From positions 1,922,001 to 1,986,000 of the forward strand of contig NW_027117338.1 in NCBI RefSeq assembly GCF_038025025.1: a stretch of 64,000 nucleotides of DNA. The letters run 5' to 3'. This DNA is from Phyllosticta citribraziliensis (lineage: Eukaryota). The translations under genes were made by a program, and so were the position numbers. The notes under the pieces were generated by a model. It worked only from the letters and a program-made list of their open reading frames with translations. It made no database searches and had not been told where the DNA came from. Positions 51,739 to 64,000 of this stretch are shown here, one piece after another. Position 1 is the stretch's first letter; each line of letters opens with the position of its first letter.

Positions 51739-52655
51739 ACGCACCACCAGCGTCAACGGCTTGGCTTGCCCCCGACCGAGGTGCGGGCCATGTTTTCCTG
51801 TCGGAACGCTTCGGGCGAGACAGGACCGTGCCTGCTCCGGTCCACCGCAGTGCTGAGATTTTGAGGTGGCCAGCGAGAGAGAGAGAGGGAAAAAATAATC
51901 CCAGGGACTAGGCGCTCTACGGCAACCTCTGACGACAGGTCATCGTGGGCCAGCGCCCCCCCTGCTCTCCACTGCGCTGCCGTTGCTAGGTTGCTTGCTT
52001 GTTCATCCTCATCCCGACCCGGGTCCTTGTCCTTCCCCTTCGCCCTCTGCTGCCCTGTGAGACCCAAGTTACCTCACCCTCCATCTATCCAGCCTTCTCC
52101 CTCTTCCCTCTCACGCCCCTTCAACTCCATCCATCCATACCCAACTCAACCCAACCCAACCCAACCACAACATTTCTCTCCACTTTCTCTCCCACCTCCT
52201 CCCCTTTTCCCCTCTCCTCGCCATCTTCAGGCTCCATCTGCGCCTCGCCCGACTTCGCGCCTTGTTTTTGTCTCGGGCTCCTGGTTGCTGGCGACTGCTT
52301 TTCGTCCCATTTCCAACCAAGCATTGACGCCCCGCGAGGACCACCTCAGCACCCCATCAACACCACCACCACCACCACCACCACCACCACCACCACCACA
52401 TCTTCGCATTCAGCTGCATCGCTATCCCGCTGCAGCCTCTGCTCAAACGGCATCTGGTTGCGCATCCGTGTACCAGGTCGCACGCGCCCAGGACCATTCA
52501 GGCGAGGAGCGTCTCAAGTCGTGCATTCCACGCCCCCTGGTCGCCACCCAATAGGACCCCTTCCACCGCCTCTCTTGCGGCCTCCATTTCTCTGCAATAG
52601 CCACAACAAACGCTCCCTGAGACCTGTCCGACTTGGAAACACTCTCTACAACACC

Positions 52656-53960
52656 ATGCCTTACAACACCCGAAGGAAGTCTCTCTCGCTGCCGATGCTC
52701 GGCATCCAGCTACCAAACAGCTCGCGATCGTCATCGCACCGCTCACCGCCCGCCTCGTCTGCCGAGCAACCACCGCAAAAGAAGCAGAAACGCATCCACA
52801 CGCCTGCCAGCAGCGCGTCACCCTCGCCACAGACCCCGCCCATTTCCAAGGCCCGCACCGACCGCCCCAAACCCGCTGGCCGCGCCGTCGAAAACACGCC
52901 GCCACCCTCGCCTGGCGTCGAAGGCGTCCCAAAAATCGACACCGAGGGCATCAACGATGACATTGTCGTTGCCGTCATCAAGCAGTTGGAGGAGACGGGC
53001 AATCGCCCCCACCTGCTGAAGGAGCTTGCAGCCGTGCTGTCGACCCAGCTGCCCATCGTCGAGAGGTATGTCTCGGACAATAGCGCTCCTCCACGGTTAC
53101 TAACGGTACGCAGCTCCGCCAACCCCTCCGCCATCATCTCCTCTCGCTTGACGGGCTACATTCGCCGCCCGTGGACCGCACTATCGCCCTGCCCGGTGGG
53201 CAAAGAGCTGGTCGGCACACACCCCAAGCGCATCTACTTCTTCCTCAACACGTGCCCGCACCAGCCGATCCCTGAACCCAACGAGACGTCAGCGGCGGCC
53301 GTAGCTCAGGCGCGCATCATCTCGCCGTCGCTCTCCTCGGCGGCAGACGAGTCTGAGGAGGATGAGCGCGACAGGCGTGCCCGCGTCGCCATGTCGCCAT
53401 CGCCCGAGGTCGACCTCTCATCGCCAGAACTGGATGATGACAGCGACACGACTACCTTTTCCTCTCACGGCTCCCTGGTGCGCGATGCGACGACCAGCAA
53501 CATTGCACACAATCGCCGCGCAGCCAGCCCGCCCCTGGAGCGCGACGAGCGCGAATTCACCGCCACGGCCTCATCACTGCAGAAGCGCAGTCGCAGCCAG
53601 GAGCAAGAAACCAAACCCGACTTCTCCACCGGTCCACCCTCGTCGTCTTCGAGTAACATCGACGGCGAGGAGAACATGTCAGGAGACGAGCCAGAGAGCG
53701 AGGAAAGCGCCGCTGTTCGCAACTCTGAGGCGGCGGCTCTCTTGTTTGGCCAGAGCGTCGAGAGTAACGCCTCGACTGCCACGATGGACTTTGAAGTCAG
53801 CAGCCCGGTATTCCGGCCAGTGGACCAGGGTCTTGGCGGCAAAACGGACGCCATGGAAGACGTACGCGTGCACGACGACGACACGTGGGAATGGTCGGAC
53901 TGGAAGAGTCCAGAAACGGTTGAGCTCGACGAGCTCGACGACCTCCTCGGCGGCTACTAG
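52656..53960 (+). CDS. GDS1-like winged-helix domain protein
   Basis: MPYNTRRKSLSLP...IDTEGINDDIVVAVIKQLEETGNRPHLLKELA...SANPSAIISSRL...GTHPKRIYFFL, ending SPETVELDELDDLLGGY*. One 48-nt intron at 53066-53113. Confidence 0.82.
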   Translation: MPYNTRRKSLSLPMLGIQLPNSSRSSSHRSPPASSAEQPPQKKQKRIHTPASSASPSPQTPPISKARTDRPKPAGRAVENTPPPSPGVEGVPKIDTEGINDDIVVAVIKQLEETGNRPHLLKELAAVLSTQLPIVERYVSDNSAPPRLLTVRSSANPSAIISSRLTGYIRRPWTALSPCPVGKELVGTHPKRIYFFLNTCPHQPIPEPNETSAAAVAQARIISPSLSSAADESEEDERDRRARVAMSPSPEVDLSSPELDDDSDTTTFSSHGSLVRDATTSNIAHNRRAASPPLERDEREFTATASSLQKRSRSQEQETKPDFSTGPPSSSSSNIDGEENMSGDEPESEESAAVRNSEAAALLFGQSVESNASTATMDFEVSSPVFRPVDQGLGGKTDAMEDVRVHDDDTWEWSDWKSPETVELDELDDLLGGY

Positions 53961-55227
53961 CTGCACAATCTGATACATTCTGCTCACGGTAAAGGGTTCG
54001 GGAAAGCGAGGGCGTTTCAAAAGGGGTCTGGTTGACATTTCGGAGTCTTCGTCTCACCCAACTCACCTCCTGATCTTTTGTGTGCCTCTCAAACTGTCAT
54101 TTCTTTGGCTGTTTCCTTGTCCTCCAATTTTCCGCTTCACGGCCTTGGGAACGAGCGGTCGGTGCATGATGTCCGAGTTTTCTGTTTGATAGGCGTTTGC
54201 AAGGAGACACAGGGTTGCTCCTCTCGCCAATTTTCTGTTGTGGGCGTATGTAAGAAGGGGCGGTCACAAGAAGCAAGCGCTGATTTGTTGTTGTACGAAA
54301 TGTAAGATTATGAACGCGAAGACGAGGATGGACCATCATGTAGCCTGGCTGGAGGGAGAGGTTGAGCAGCACAGTGTGTAGAGTAGGCTGTGGTCAACGA
54401 CTGGCTAGATACACAAAAGTAAAACAGATTGATTCAATTGGCTGCCAAGTCTGACCATGGCCGGTTTGGGCGTCAAGGTGCGAAACAGGGCAACCCGCGG
54501 CGGCATGGCAAGCATGCACAGCACGCACGCATGCTAGGGGCAGCGCGGAGACTGAGCGACGGGCCCGGGGGATGCGCGTCCTGGAGATGGGGGCGATCTT
54601 CAGGAGCTCAGGTCTGCTCTGCCTCTGTTGTCCACATTCTGGCACGTCAGTCTGCGCTCGCTCGACGCGTCCCGTCGCACGGCATGGAATGAATGAATGT
54701 TGGATTGACAGCCACTGCCGCGTCTGCCGCCGGGCGGGCAGGGCCGCTGTCGTGTCGGGTACATGTAAGGAAGTCCTTTGCTTTTCCATGGCCATGCTGA
54801 AACGTACGCCGTTGAGCAGGTTTCGAGTGTGTTCTAAGCCGGGCACATGTAAGCGTAAGCACTGGACTGCAGCCCGCCCAGGAGTCAGTCATTGGAAGAG
54901 TCAAGCAGTCCAAAGAAAGCAGGAGGCAGGGAGTCGACCTTACCTATGCCATGTGACGTCGACATCTCTTGGGTATTCTGCCCTCACGCGCATCTGGCGC
55001 GCTTCGATTCCAGCCAGCCTCTCCCGATCGCCTCGGGCCTGCCTGCATGCTCCTCTCCTCAACTCACTGGCCCTGGTGCGACGACGTCTGTTGTTGATGT
55101 GAACGACCACCCACCACCTGCACGACATTCTGCCACTCTCCACTGCCGCCGCCGCCGCCTCCAATTCCACTTCTCCGCATCCAGAAGTGGTCCCAGCCTC
55201 CGGCACGGCCGCCGCCTGATCGTCACC

Positions 55228-57718
55228 ATGCCCTCCACCAACCACTCCTCGCACGTCTACCGCACTCGCGACCGCTACGACGACCGCGACGCTGACGAGT
55301 ACGTCGTCGTCGAACGCCCGGGCAGGAGCAGCTCTCGCATTCGCTACCGCCATCCCTCGCCGCCAAATCACGTCCCCGCCGCAACCCAGTCCATCTCCAC
55401 AGCCACCAATCCCCGCTCCTCCAACTCCTATCACCGCGAGCCGCCTGTCGATTTTGTCCACCGGGACAGCCGCGAACTGCGCTTCGTGCGAGGAAAAGAT
55501 GACGACGAACGCGCAGGTCGCGAGATCCGCTTCGTGCGGGAGAGAGACGATGACGAGCGGGAAAGTCGCGAGGTTCGCTTCGTGCGGGAGAGAGATGATG
55601 ACGGGCGGGAAAGTCGCGAGGTTGAAGTCGTGCGCGAGACGACGCGCGAAGAGCGGGACAGTGCGCGGGAGCGTGAGAGTGCTCTAGAGTTGGCCAGAGA
55701 GACGGGCAAGGAGGTTCAGCTGGTGCGCAGTGTGCGCCACGACTCGGACGACGAGCACAAGGACGAGCATTTTTATACGCGCGACGATGGCGTCCTCGTG
55801 GTCAGGGCCGCACCCGAGGAGATTGAGATTGTCGAGCAGGTTGTGCCGGTTCCGGTGAGGTCGGACAGGTCCAGGAGGAAGAGCTTGGACATGCGGGGTG
55901 CTGATAGTCCTGCGCCGTACAAGAGATTGATTGTTGCGTGCGACGGTGAGTTGCTTTTCCCTTTTATGCTCGCTCGTCGACGCAGTGTTGCGTTCATATT
56001 GACTGAGCATTTCCCACACTCAACCACAATCTGTTTCTTCTTTTTGAAAAGTTAGAAACGAGACATTTAGTCGTCATGTTGCATTCTCCAATGCTAATCC
56101 CTGCCTAGGCACGTGGCTCAACGCAGACAATGGCATGAACAATGGCGAGCTTGCTATCCCCAGCAACGTCACTCGCTTTTCAAGAGCCATCCGGCCAATT
56201 GGCAGGGACGGCATCCCCCAAATCGTCTACTACCACTTTGGCGTAGGATCAAGGGGGAATGTCATCAATCGAGTGGTTGGAGGTACCACAGGCGGTGGTC
56301 TCGAGGAAAACATCCGCGAAAGCTACTCATTCCTCAGCAACAATTACACCCCTGGCGATGAAATTTACCTCGTTGGGTTTTCAAGAGGCGCTTTTACAGC
56401 ACGCAGCATATCGGGCCTCATTTGCGAGATTGGCATCCTCACCAAAAAGGGGTTGGGTGCCTTTCCTGCCATCTTCCAAGACGTCCATCATCGGCGGGAT
56501 CCGGAGTACAAGGACAAGAATCCGGACATTCCCTTTCCTAACAAACCCAATGCCGGTGACCCCACGTATCGGGAAGAGCTCTACCGCAGAGGTCTCACCC
56601 GTCTCGATGTGACGGTAAAGGCGATTGGGGTTTGGGATACTGTTGGTGCGTGCTTTTCTTGGTTCATTCCTCCGCCTCAGATCGTCTTCTAACCATTTGC
56701 AGGGGCTCTGGGTACTCCACGTATTGGACTGCTTACTCGAATTGGTCTACAGCCGACGCAAAACAAGGACTCGATGACATTTTATGACACCAAACTCCAC
56801 AATAATGTTGAACATGCCTTCCAAGCACTGTCCCTGGACGAAAGTCGTTCCGCGTTCGCACCGGCAATTTGGGAGAAACCACGTGGAAACAGGACCATCT
56901 TGCGACAGGTATGGTTTCCAGGCGTACATACAAACGTGGGTGGCGGCTACGACGATCAGCAGCTTGCCAACATAACACTTGCCTGGATGGTCTCGCAATT
57001 CGAGCCCTTTATCGACTTTCGCATCAAGTACATTCTCGACCAAGACACACAAAATGCGCGTTGGTATTCTCGACACCGCGAGAAACCGAGGCCGTGGTCT
57101 TTTGGCGAAATCCCCGATAGCAACAAAGGCATCTACGCGCTCGGCGGCAGCACGACTCGCACCCCAGGCCAGTATTACGCCGTCGATCCGCGCACTGGGC
57201 GGCCTACATCGCGGCCCCTCCGCGACACCTGCGAATACATGCACCCGTCGGTGCGCACGCGGCTCCGCCTGGGTGGACCAGGTGTCGAGGACAAGGGGCG
57301 CTACGATCCGGAAGCTCTTGACGACTGGCGTCTGGTGGTGACGTATCCGGATCGACGAGGCAGCCGGAGCCGCAGCCACAGCCATAGCCGCACGCGCCGC
57401 GACCCGGACGAAATCATCCAAGACTTGGACGCGCCGCCCGACGTGTTTTGGAAGTTGAGGCGCGGCGACGAGGCGCACGTCTCGACGCGCATCCTGCCCG
57501 AGGCGCCGCTGCGCAAGCTCGAGCGCGCCGTGGCCGAGCGCGATCCTCGCACCCTCGACTACGTCATGTGGCCGCCGTCGACGGGCAAAGGAGGCGGCCC
57601 CTCGAGGCGCGATGGCGGCCGTGGGCGCAGGAAGAGCGGCGCTGCGTCGGAGAGGGATCGCAAGGAGGGGCGCGAGAGGGCGCGCACTCCGCTCGAGTGG
57701 CGGAGAAGTGTGGGGTAG
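55228..57718 (+). CDS. DUF2235 (Tle1-like alpha/beta hydrolase) protein with an Arg/Glu/Asp-rich N-terminal extension
   Basis: KRLIVACDG-TW, SNVTR, YYHFGVG, GFSRGAFTAR, GVWDTVG, HAFQALSLDE and QVWFPGVHTNVGGG. Introns at about 55947-56109 and about 56646-56703. Confidence 0.88.
55479..55622 (+). repeat. Coding tandem repeat, 48 bp / 16 aa, three units
   Basis: RFVRGKDDDERAGREI / RFVRERDDDERESREV / RFVRERDDDGRESREV. Confidence 0.85.
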
Positions 57719-57985
57719 GTGGGGTATCCTGCTGGGGAATGAAGGGGTAGGGGTTGGAGAGGTATGACAACATGGGCGTTGTTTGACTTGGAGCAGCGTT
57801 GGAAGAGGCGTGGAGTGGGTTAGACTTGGGACTGCACATTACGACTGAAACGACGTGGATACAAGCACTGCTGGGGCTTGCTTGCTTCCTTGACATTGGG
57901 TGGATGGATCGTGGGTGGATACAGATCACCTCTTACATGGGTTATTTATGACGATACGGCTCTCCTCTACAAGCACTAATTCGCC

Positions 57986-58013
57986 ATCAATCAATCAATC
58001 AATCAATCAATCA
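57986..58013. repeat. (ATCA)n microsatellite
   Basis: About 7 tandem ATCA units. Confidence 0.9.
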
Positions 58014-59623
58014 GCGAATCATTCGACCTGAAAATCAAGTTCCTAGTGTGCAAGACTCCATGAATGCTCCTCTAATGCGTCCAATTTTCTTGTCTTTTTA
58101 CTGAATCTTCAGATGCTCAAAGCCGTGAGCCGTCACTTAAATGAGCAGTAAAGCGCAGCAAAGATCTATCAAGCCATCGCGCTTCACCACCTTTCCTCTA
58201 CTCTAACGCGCGCTTGGCTGCTCCTTGCCCGAAATCCTCATCCTCCCCATGGCTCTTTCCCAGCCACAGCGGAAAACAAAAACAATCAAAGAGGCCAGCC
58301 AACACTCACATGTCTGTCGAGGACAACACTCAGGCGCCCTCTCCCAACCTGCCCGTGCAAGGCACCACATGCGCCGACCGTAGTGGACTAGCGTGAGAGC
58401 GCATGCAGTATTTAAGACTCTCCCATGGCCCCTGTCCCGACACTGCATCGACAGCGGGCGGCGCGGTCCCTGTCAGGAAGGGAGAGGGCGAAAAGTGCTC
58501 CAGTACACTCTGGTTTTGGCGGGTTGGACGCGTTTGATCTTTTCTCTTTTACTTGTGAGTTTGCGTGGTGTCTTGGGGCTTCGAGCACCGTGTGCTGGTG
58601 ATGTTGTGTAGATGTTATGTAGTGGCATTGTGTTTTGATGTTTAAATTCTTCAATATTATTTCTTTGATGCTGTACACTGGAATAATTCCCTGAAATTCT
58701 CATGGGAGCAAGACGAGACGGCCAAGAGCTGCTGGCATTGATTCGCTTTGTAATATAGGGACAGTGAGCGCAAGAGAGAAATTTGTTATTTGCTAGACCA
58801 CTACCCAACTTGTAGTGGTATTGTGGAGAGAGAATAAGAGTAGAGTGTCACGGTAGGTATCCAAAGAAATAGGACCATCTAGCAACAGCCAGGGAGCTTT
58901 CAGTTGCTGCTATAGCTGCGCTCAGGGAGCATCTAACCATCATGGTCTTTGTTAAATTTTATTTTATAGATGAGCGCCGTGGTACCGGGACTTGGTTATC
59001 TACTGATCTTACTACTTGACATAAATATGCAGGATGAGTCGGGCGCGGCATTGCTGGATTCTCATCTCTTTACCAAAACAAGAATGGCACACAGAAAGAA
59101 GCACTTCGCGATCAGTAACCAGTAAAGACAACTGAGAGCTCCCGGAAATTGCGCCTAACTCACGAGTCTTCTTGGGGGCATGCTGCCTTTCCATAGCCGT
59201 GTGTTGTGTTGCGCGATGGATGCGTGGATGCTGAGAGCCGAATAAAGCTGAAAGCTGAGCACAGTGAGCCGTACCACGGAACCAAGGCTTACCACAGGCC
59301 GCAAACCATCTTCTTCGTGTTCTCCACCCCCTTCTCCGACGGTCTCCGCCTTTATTCCCGCTCAAAACCCCAAAGCCAGCCCAAATGGTCCCCTTTGGCC
59401 CCCCAGCTTCTCCTTTGTCCCGCGACAAAAGAAAATGATGGAAACCAGTTCGTCGATGCTGGATTGGTATCTGGCGCGTTGGCCATGCGTATCCCCAACG
59501 CATAGGGACTGCCCGAGGCGTCATTGGCCCGCCATCCCGCCAAATCGACCAAAACCTCCCCCAGGCCGCCAGGACCCACCGCAACCACCACCACGCCCCA
59601 CAACGGCGCAAAAGCAAAAGAAA

Positions 59624-59695
59624 TGACCACGCCAGGGGTCGAACCTGGAATCTCTTGATTCGTAGTCAAGCGCCTTGCCATTGGGCCACGCGGCC
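59624..59695 (-). tRNA. tRNA-Arg (ACG), intronless
   Basis: Reverse complement GGCCGCGTGGCCCAATGGCAAGGCGCTTGACTACGAATCAAGAGATTCCAGGTTCGACCCCTGGCGTGGTCA. The acceptor stem, A box, anticodon ACG, T-loop GTTCGA and a downstream TTTCTTTT Pol III terminator are all present. Confidence 0.96.
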
Positions 59696-60838
59696 AGTCA
59701 TTGTTGAGCTACTGAGGGGCTCGGACATCCTACTGGATGTTGTTGCAGAAGAAGCCGTCAGAATACAATATAACCTGGCAAACGGCATGTTCCCAAGGCA
59801 CTTCAACGCTGCCAGTCAATCTTCGCACAGAGAAAACGCTGCAAGAAAGGGTGGAGCCGCCCGGTGCGGCAGAGTTTTCAGCGCCGAGACAGCCGCCGGA
59901 CGCAGTCGTCTGTGCGTTTTTGGCCGGCGCGTAGCACCCGGGGATGAGCGGGTCTGCGGCTGGGCAACAGTACGACGGGGCTGTTCCAGGCCTACTCGCA
60001 ACTACACATGCATATGACAAGTTAGCTATCTGCGCGAGAAGCGGAGATGCAAGTTTTTGGGGTAGCACTCGCAAGAGGAAGTCGCGCGTCGTGGCTGCCT
60101 CGTGGTTTGAGTTGTCGAACTGCCTAAATTGGTTAGCTTGCAGCAAATGCTCAAGGAAATTGGCTACCGAATGATGGACGACTGCTCTTCAACGAAGTCT
60201 CAATAGTGAGTGTCGACATTTGCCTAGAAAGGCACCTTGAGGTAGAGCAGTGGAGAACGAGTGACACTGGCCTTCAGCGTCATCCTAAGAAAAATAACTC
60301 CTCCTGCGCTGTCGCGCATTTGGTATTTTTCGAGGAGAATCCATTTCGACAGGAAGAAGTTGGAGGGCATTGATTCTCCCCACGACTGAAGCACCAAAAA
60401 AGGAGTCGTAGGCAGCATTGCCTTGTTTTGAATAGGACCATCGTGCAACGAAGCCTGAAGAATGGAGGTGGTGACGACCTGGGAGGTTTAATTTACCCTG
60501 TTTAGACGCTTCTCTTGTCCACGGGCGAATAGGGGGCAGTCGTTTCTTTTGGCACCCTATGTCCTTTGCTATCCTAATTCGCTTCTGTTTCTTATCATTG
60601 CGAATGCCCCAATACCGGGCTTGATCTCAAAGTATTCATTTGCTGAGTGGGTTGTCATGGAGATTTTTGTCTACTAGGAGTCAGCCAGTCGCAGCTCTCC
60701 TGCCTTCAAATTTCTAGACCTCTTAGAGAATGGCAAATCGATCGCATCTCCGTCAACCTTGAATGCCGAATGCAGGTCTAGCCAGACGACCATCTATCCG
60801 CTGCAGATGACTTTAAACGTCTACTCCCGTGCCCAACC

Positions 60839-61872
60839 CTACAAACCAACCTCCATCTTTCCCTGCACGTAGCTCCAAAACTCCTCGACAATCTCCTTCT
60901 GACCGTCGCCCTTCCTCACAGCCAGGTACCGCCTACCATCGACGCTCTGATTCCAGTTCCCAGGGTTGCCGTCGACGATGAAGCCGCCAGCCTCGCTCAG
61001 GATGACCCACCCGGCGCACACGTCCCACGGCCAGCAGCCAGCCTCCCAGTACAGGTCCAGGCCGCCGGCCGCGACGCCGCACAGGTTGAGGGCCGCCGAG
61101 CCAAAGCTGCGCAGGCCGTGCACCATGGCGCCGCCCTCGGCCTTGCTCGCGCACAGCTTCTTGAACGTCGCCGTCTTGACCTCGTAATCGTTTCCCGTGC
61201 GCTCGCTGCCCCACTCGATGCACACGACGGCGTTGTCCAGTCCGCGCAGCGGCTCGGGAGCGCGCAGCGGCAGCTGCTGCGTTTGGTTGAGGAAGGCGCC
61301 GCGGCCCTTGATGGCCGAGTACAGCGTTTGGGTAAAGGGGTTGTAGACGACGCCCACGACGGGCTGTCGGTCGATTGCTAGGCCTAGCGAGATGGATACG
61401 TACGGGTAGGCGTGCACAAAGTTTGTTGTGCCGTCGATTGGGTCTTTGGAGGGTTGAATCAGCCGTCGAACGCGGTCAAAAGAACCATTGGGCCACCACA
61501 CGTACCTACGATGAATGTCGGAGCAGCAGTCAGACTGTCGCCGGGCTTGTACGTCTCCTCACCCATGAAGCTGCACAAGGAGTTTCAGCAAAGTCCGTGG
61601 ATTCAGATTGGGCGGTTGGTGTACGAGAAATCCGGGTATTTGTCCTTGAGCGTCGTCGACACCATCTTCTCAACGGCCTGGTCGGTCTCTGTCACCAGGT
61701 CGGCAGCTGAGGGGGTCAGCCAGGTACATTGCAGCCCAGAATCTCCAGACCTACAGTTCTTTTTCTCGCCCGTCTTCGTCGTCGAAGGGCGGGCAGTGGT
61801 GATCATCTCCCCCGCCTTCTTCGCAACGGATATGAGAAAGTCGTGAATCTCCTGCAAGTTATGCTCGGCCAT
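60839..61872 (-). CDS. Inositol monophosphatase family protein
   Basis: ADLVTETD, FMGEE, DPIDGTTNFVH, RSFGSAALNLC and WDVCAG. Three introns. Confidence 0.93.
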
Positions 61873-62274
61873 GATGTCTGCTAGTTGATGAGGAACCTGG
61901 GAGAAGAAAAAGGTCTGCGTGGAAAGGATTGTCCTGCAATTGATGGCCACGAAGTTGAAGATGGATCAAAGAGCAAGACCCGACGCCCAGCGAGTATGAC
62001 GTGGGGCATTCAATCCCCTGACCGCCGGCATTGCCCCACCATGAGCGCTAACCAACAGTTCTCTTCCGCGAAACGTGCGCCGGACCATTAAACGATTGGT
62101 CTCTGCTTGATCTCCAAAGTGATCACCCTTCCAGTACACGTCGTCAGAGATTTGCACTGGTCCTTCTAGATTATTATACTATTTGATGTGCACAGCTTCG
62201 AGCCTGAAAATGCCAGACTTATGCTAGTGTTGTACTTTTGCCCGTCCACCCTCACCCAGACTGTGTCCAGTCAA

Positions 62275-64000
62275 TCAAGCACCAAACTGCTTGACAAGGC
62301 TGGCAACCTTTTGCGCCAGGTCGTCCGCCTCCGTCCTCGTCTCCGCCTCGGCGTACACACGCACCGCATCCTCAGTACCACTGGCGCGGGCGAAAGCTCT
62401 GCCTTGCTTGTACTTGCCGACCAGCTTGTCAATCTCGTCCTGAATGCCTGCGGGGCTCTCCAGCTTGCGCTCTGCATCCACAGCCTTGAAGATGTTGCGG
62501 TCCTTGACCTCGACACGGACCAACCTGTTGGGAAGGTCGCTGTAAGTGTGCAGCCACTCTGAGGGACCCCACTTCTTGTGTGCGAGAATGACCTCGACAA
62601 GAAGAAGATCCGAGATGGCATCACCGACCGTCTGGTTGATCAGGTCAGTCAAGGCCTGGAGAGTTTCCAAAGCCTCATGCTGAGCGGGAGACTGTGGCTC
62701 GTGGGTCGCAATCGTCTTAAGAGCGGCGGGAGAGAAGACAACGGTTCCGTGACCGTTGGCCTCAAAGTAGACACCGACGTCGAAACGCAGCGCGGCGTGG
62801 TGGAGGTGCTTAACTCCGGTGGGAGTGCAGACGACGGGAAGGTTGAGGCCAGAAGTAATGTACTTGGTGCTGGCACCGTTTGCGTACGCAGTCTGTACAA
62901 CCCCAATCTTGAGGTGGTCCGCCAGACCAGCATGACGGGCCAAGTCGCCAATGAAGGAAGCAGCAAGAGTAGCGATGCGATCGCCGTCCAGCAAGTTGAA
63001 CTTGCCGTCCTTGTCGGCAAAGTAGTAGACTACACGGTCAGCATCGCCATCAAGCGACGCACACCGCTCCAAAGGCTCGGCCTTGGACGACGGAGGGGCA
63101 CGTTGGCCAGTCTTGACAAAGTCGGCACCGCACTGCGAACATTAGCTCCCTCCACAACAGTCTAGATGAACAAACGCACCTGCGAGTTGAGATTCTCCGG
63201 CTTGTGCACATCCTCGTTGACAATCTTGATTTTGATTCCCTTTTCTTGAGGAGAAGGCAGGTACCTGAGCAGATCCCTCAGCTTGGGACCACCCACACCA
63301 TTGGCACAATCCACAATGACTCCCTTGTCTTCGGGAGCATCATCAGGAATAGTCCTATGCTTCAGAGCCTTTCTAAAGGCAGATGCCATCTTCTCATAGT
63401 AGCCCTTCTCGCTAATCTCGCCATAGGCGTGGGCAGTGCCCTTGGTGTTGACGCAGCGGACCAGGTAGTGCAGCTGAGGCGTCGTGAGGATCTTGTAGTC
63501 GGTAGACTCGGTGCCAGTTGCTTCCAGAGCATCCTTCAAGCAGCCAGCCAGCCTGGAGCCAGAGGCGCGAGTGTCTCTCGCGAAAATGACCCTCGCAGGA
63601 GCAGTCTGGTTGACCTTAAGGTCCGCCGCGAGCTTGTTGTAGGCATCGACGAGGGCCTGGTCGGTTTCGGCGTTTGCGAGGACGGTGGCGTGAGCCTCCC
63701 AAGAGGACTGGATGTGGTCAGTGATGGTGCCATACTGCGGAACATTCGAAGCTCATACCTCGAGCATTTCGCCCTGACCCAGATATTAGCATTCAGCGCC
63801 AGTAAGTAGCTTGCGACAAACACACCATGGGGTCCACAAGCTTGACGCCATTATCCTCAGGAGGATTGTGACTGGCAGTAATCATGACACCAATCGTCTG
63901 GCCGTTAAGCTTCCTCGAACGCAAGGCCGCCAGCAGTCCAACGCGGAAGACGACCGAATCCAGGAGGTCACTGTAGCAGCGGAGCCCTGTCAGCTCGACG
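62275..64000 (-). CDS. PCM1: Phosphoacetylglucosamine mutase (5' end lies beyond the window)
   Basis: [42 protein letters not shown] and [15 protein letters not shown]. Multiple introns, stop at 62275. Confidence 0.94.

Noticed and set aside
2716..59695. TAD2, a second deaminase and a Tad2-substrate tRNA-Arg(ACG) in one window
   Set aside because: They are 25-30 kb apart with unrelated housekeeping genes between them. Most likely coincidence.

Overview
Gene-dense, GC-rich window from a filamentous ascomycete genome. Short GT..CTRAC..YAG introns, many microsatellites and a RIP-like relic support this; a Dothideomycete-like origin is inference only. About 19 protein-coding genes are supported: TAD2, COX16, MEC1/ATR, a carboxylesterase, a mitochondrial tricarboxylate carrier next to a Zn2Cys6 factor, an Hva1-Tudor/AT-hook protein, a CMP/dCMP-type deaminase, IDO, TBP, an FAD amine oxidase, an OMS1-like methyltransferase, a GDS1-like protein, a DUF2235 hydrolase, inositol monophosphatase, partial PCM1 and three hypotheticals. 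There is also a tRNA-Arg(ACG) and a 543-bp TIR element. The most striking feature is the deaminase at 33578-34976 (-). Its two zinc-binding half-sites (HSE and PCYRC) lie in two overlapping reading frames (+1 offset, about 400-nt overlap) with no plausible intron between them, so it is a candidate for programmed recoding. Other notable items are GC-AG introns in TAD2 and MEC1, a RIP-like Mutator-type MITE inserted in a T-tract, and a 33-bp repeat unit shared by two low-GC relic regions 33 kb apart. All gene models were read by eye and no database searches were run.
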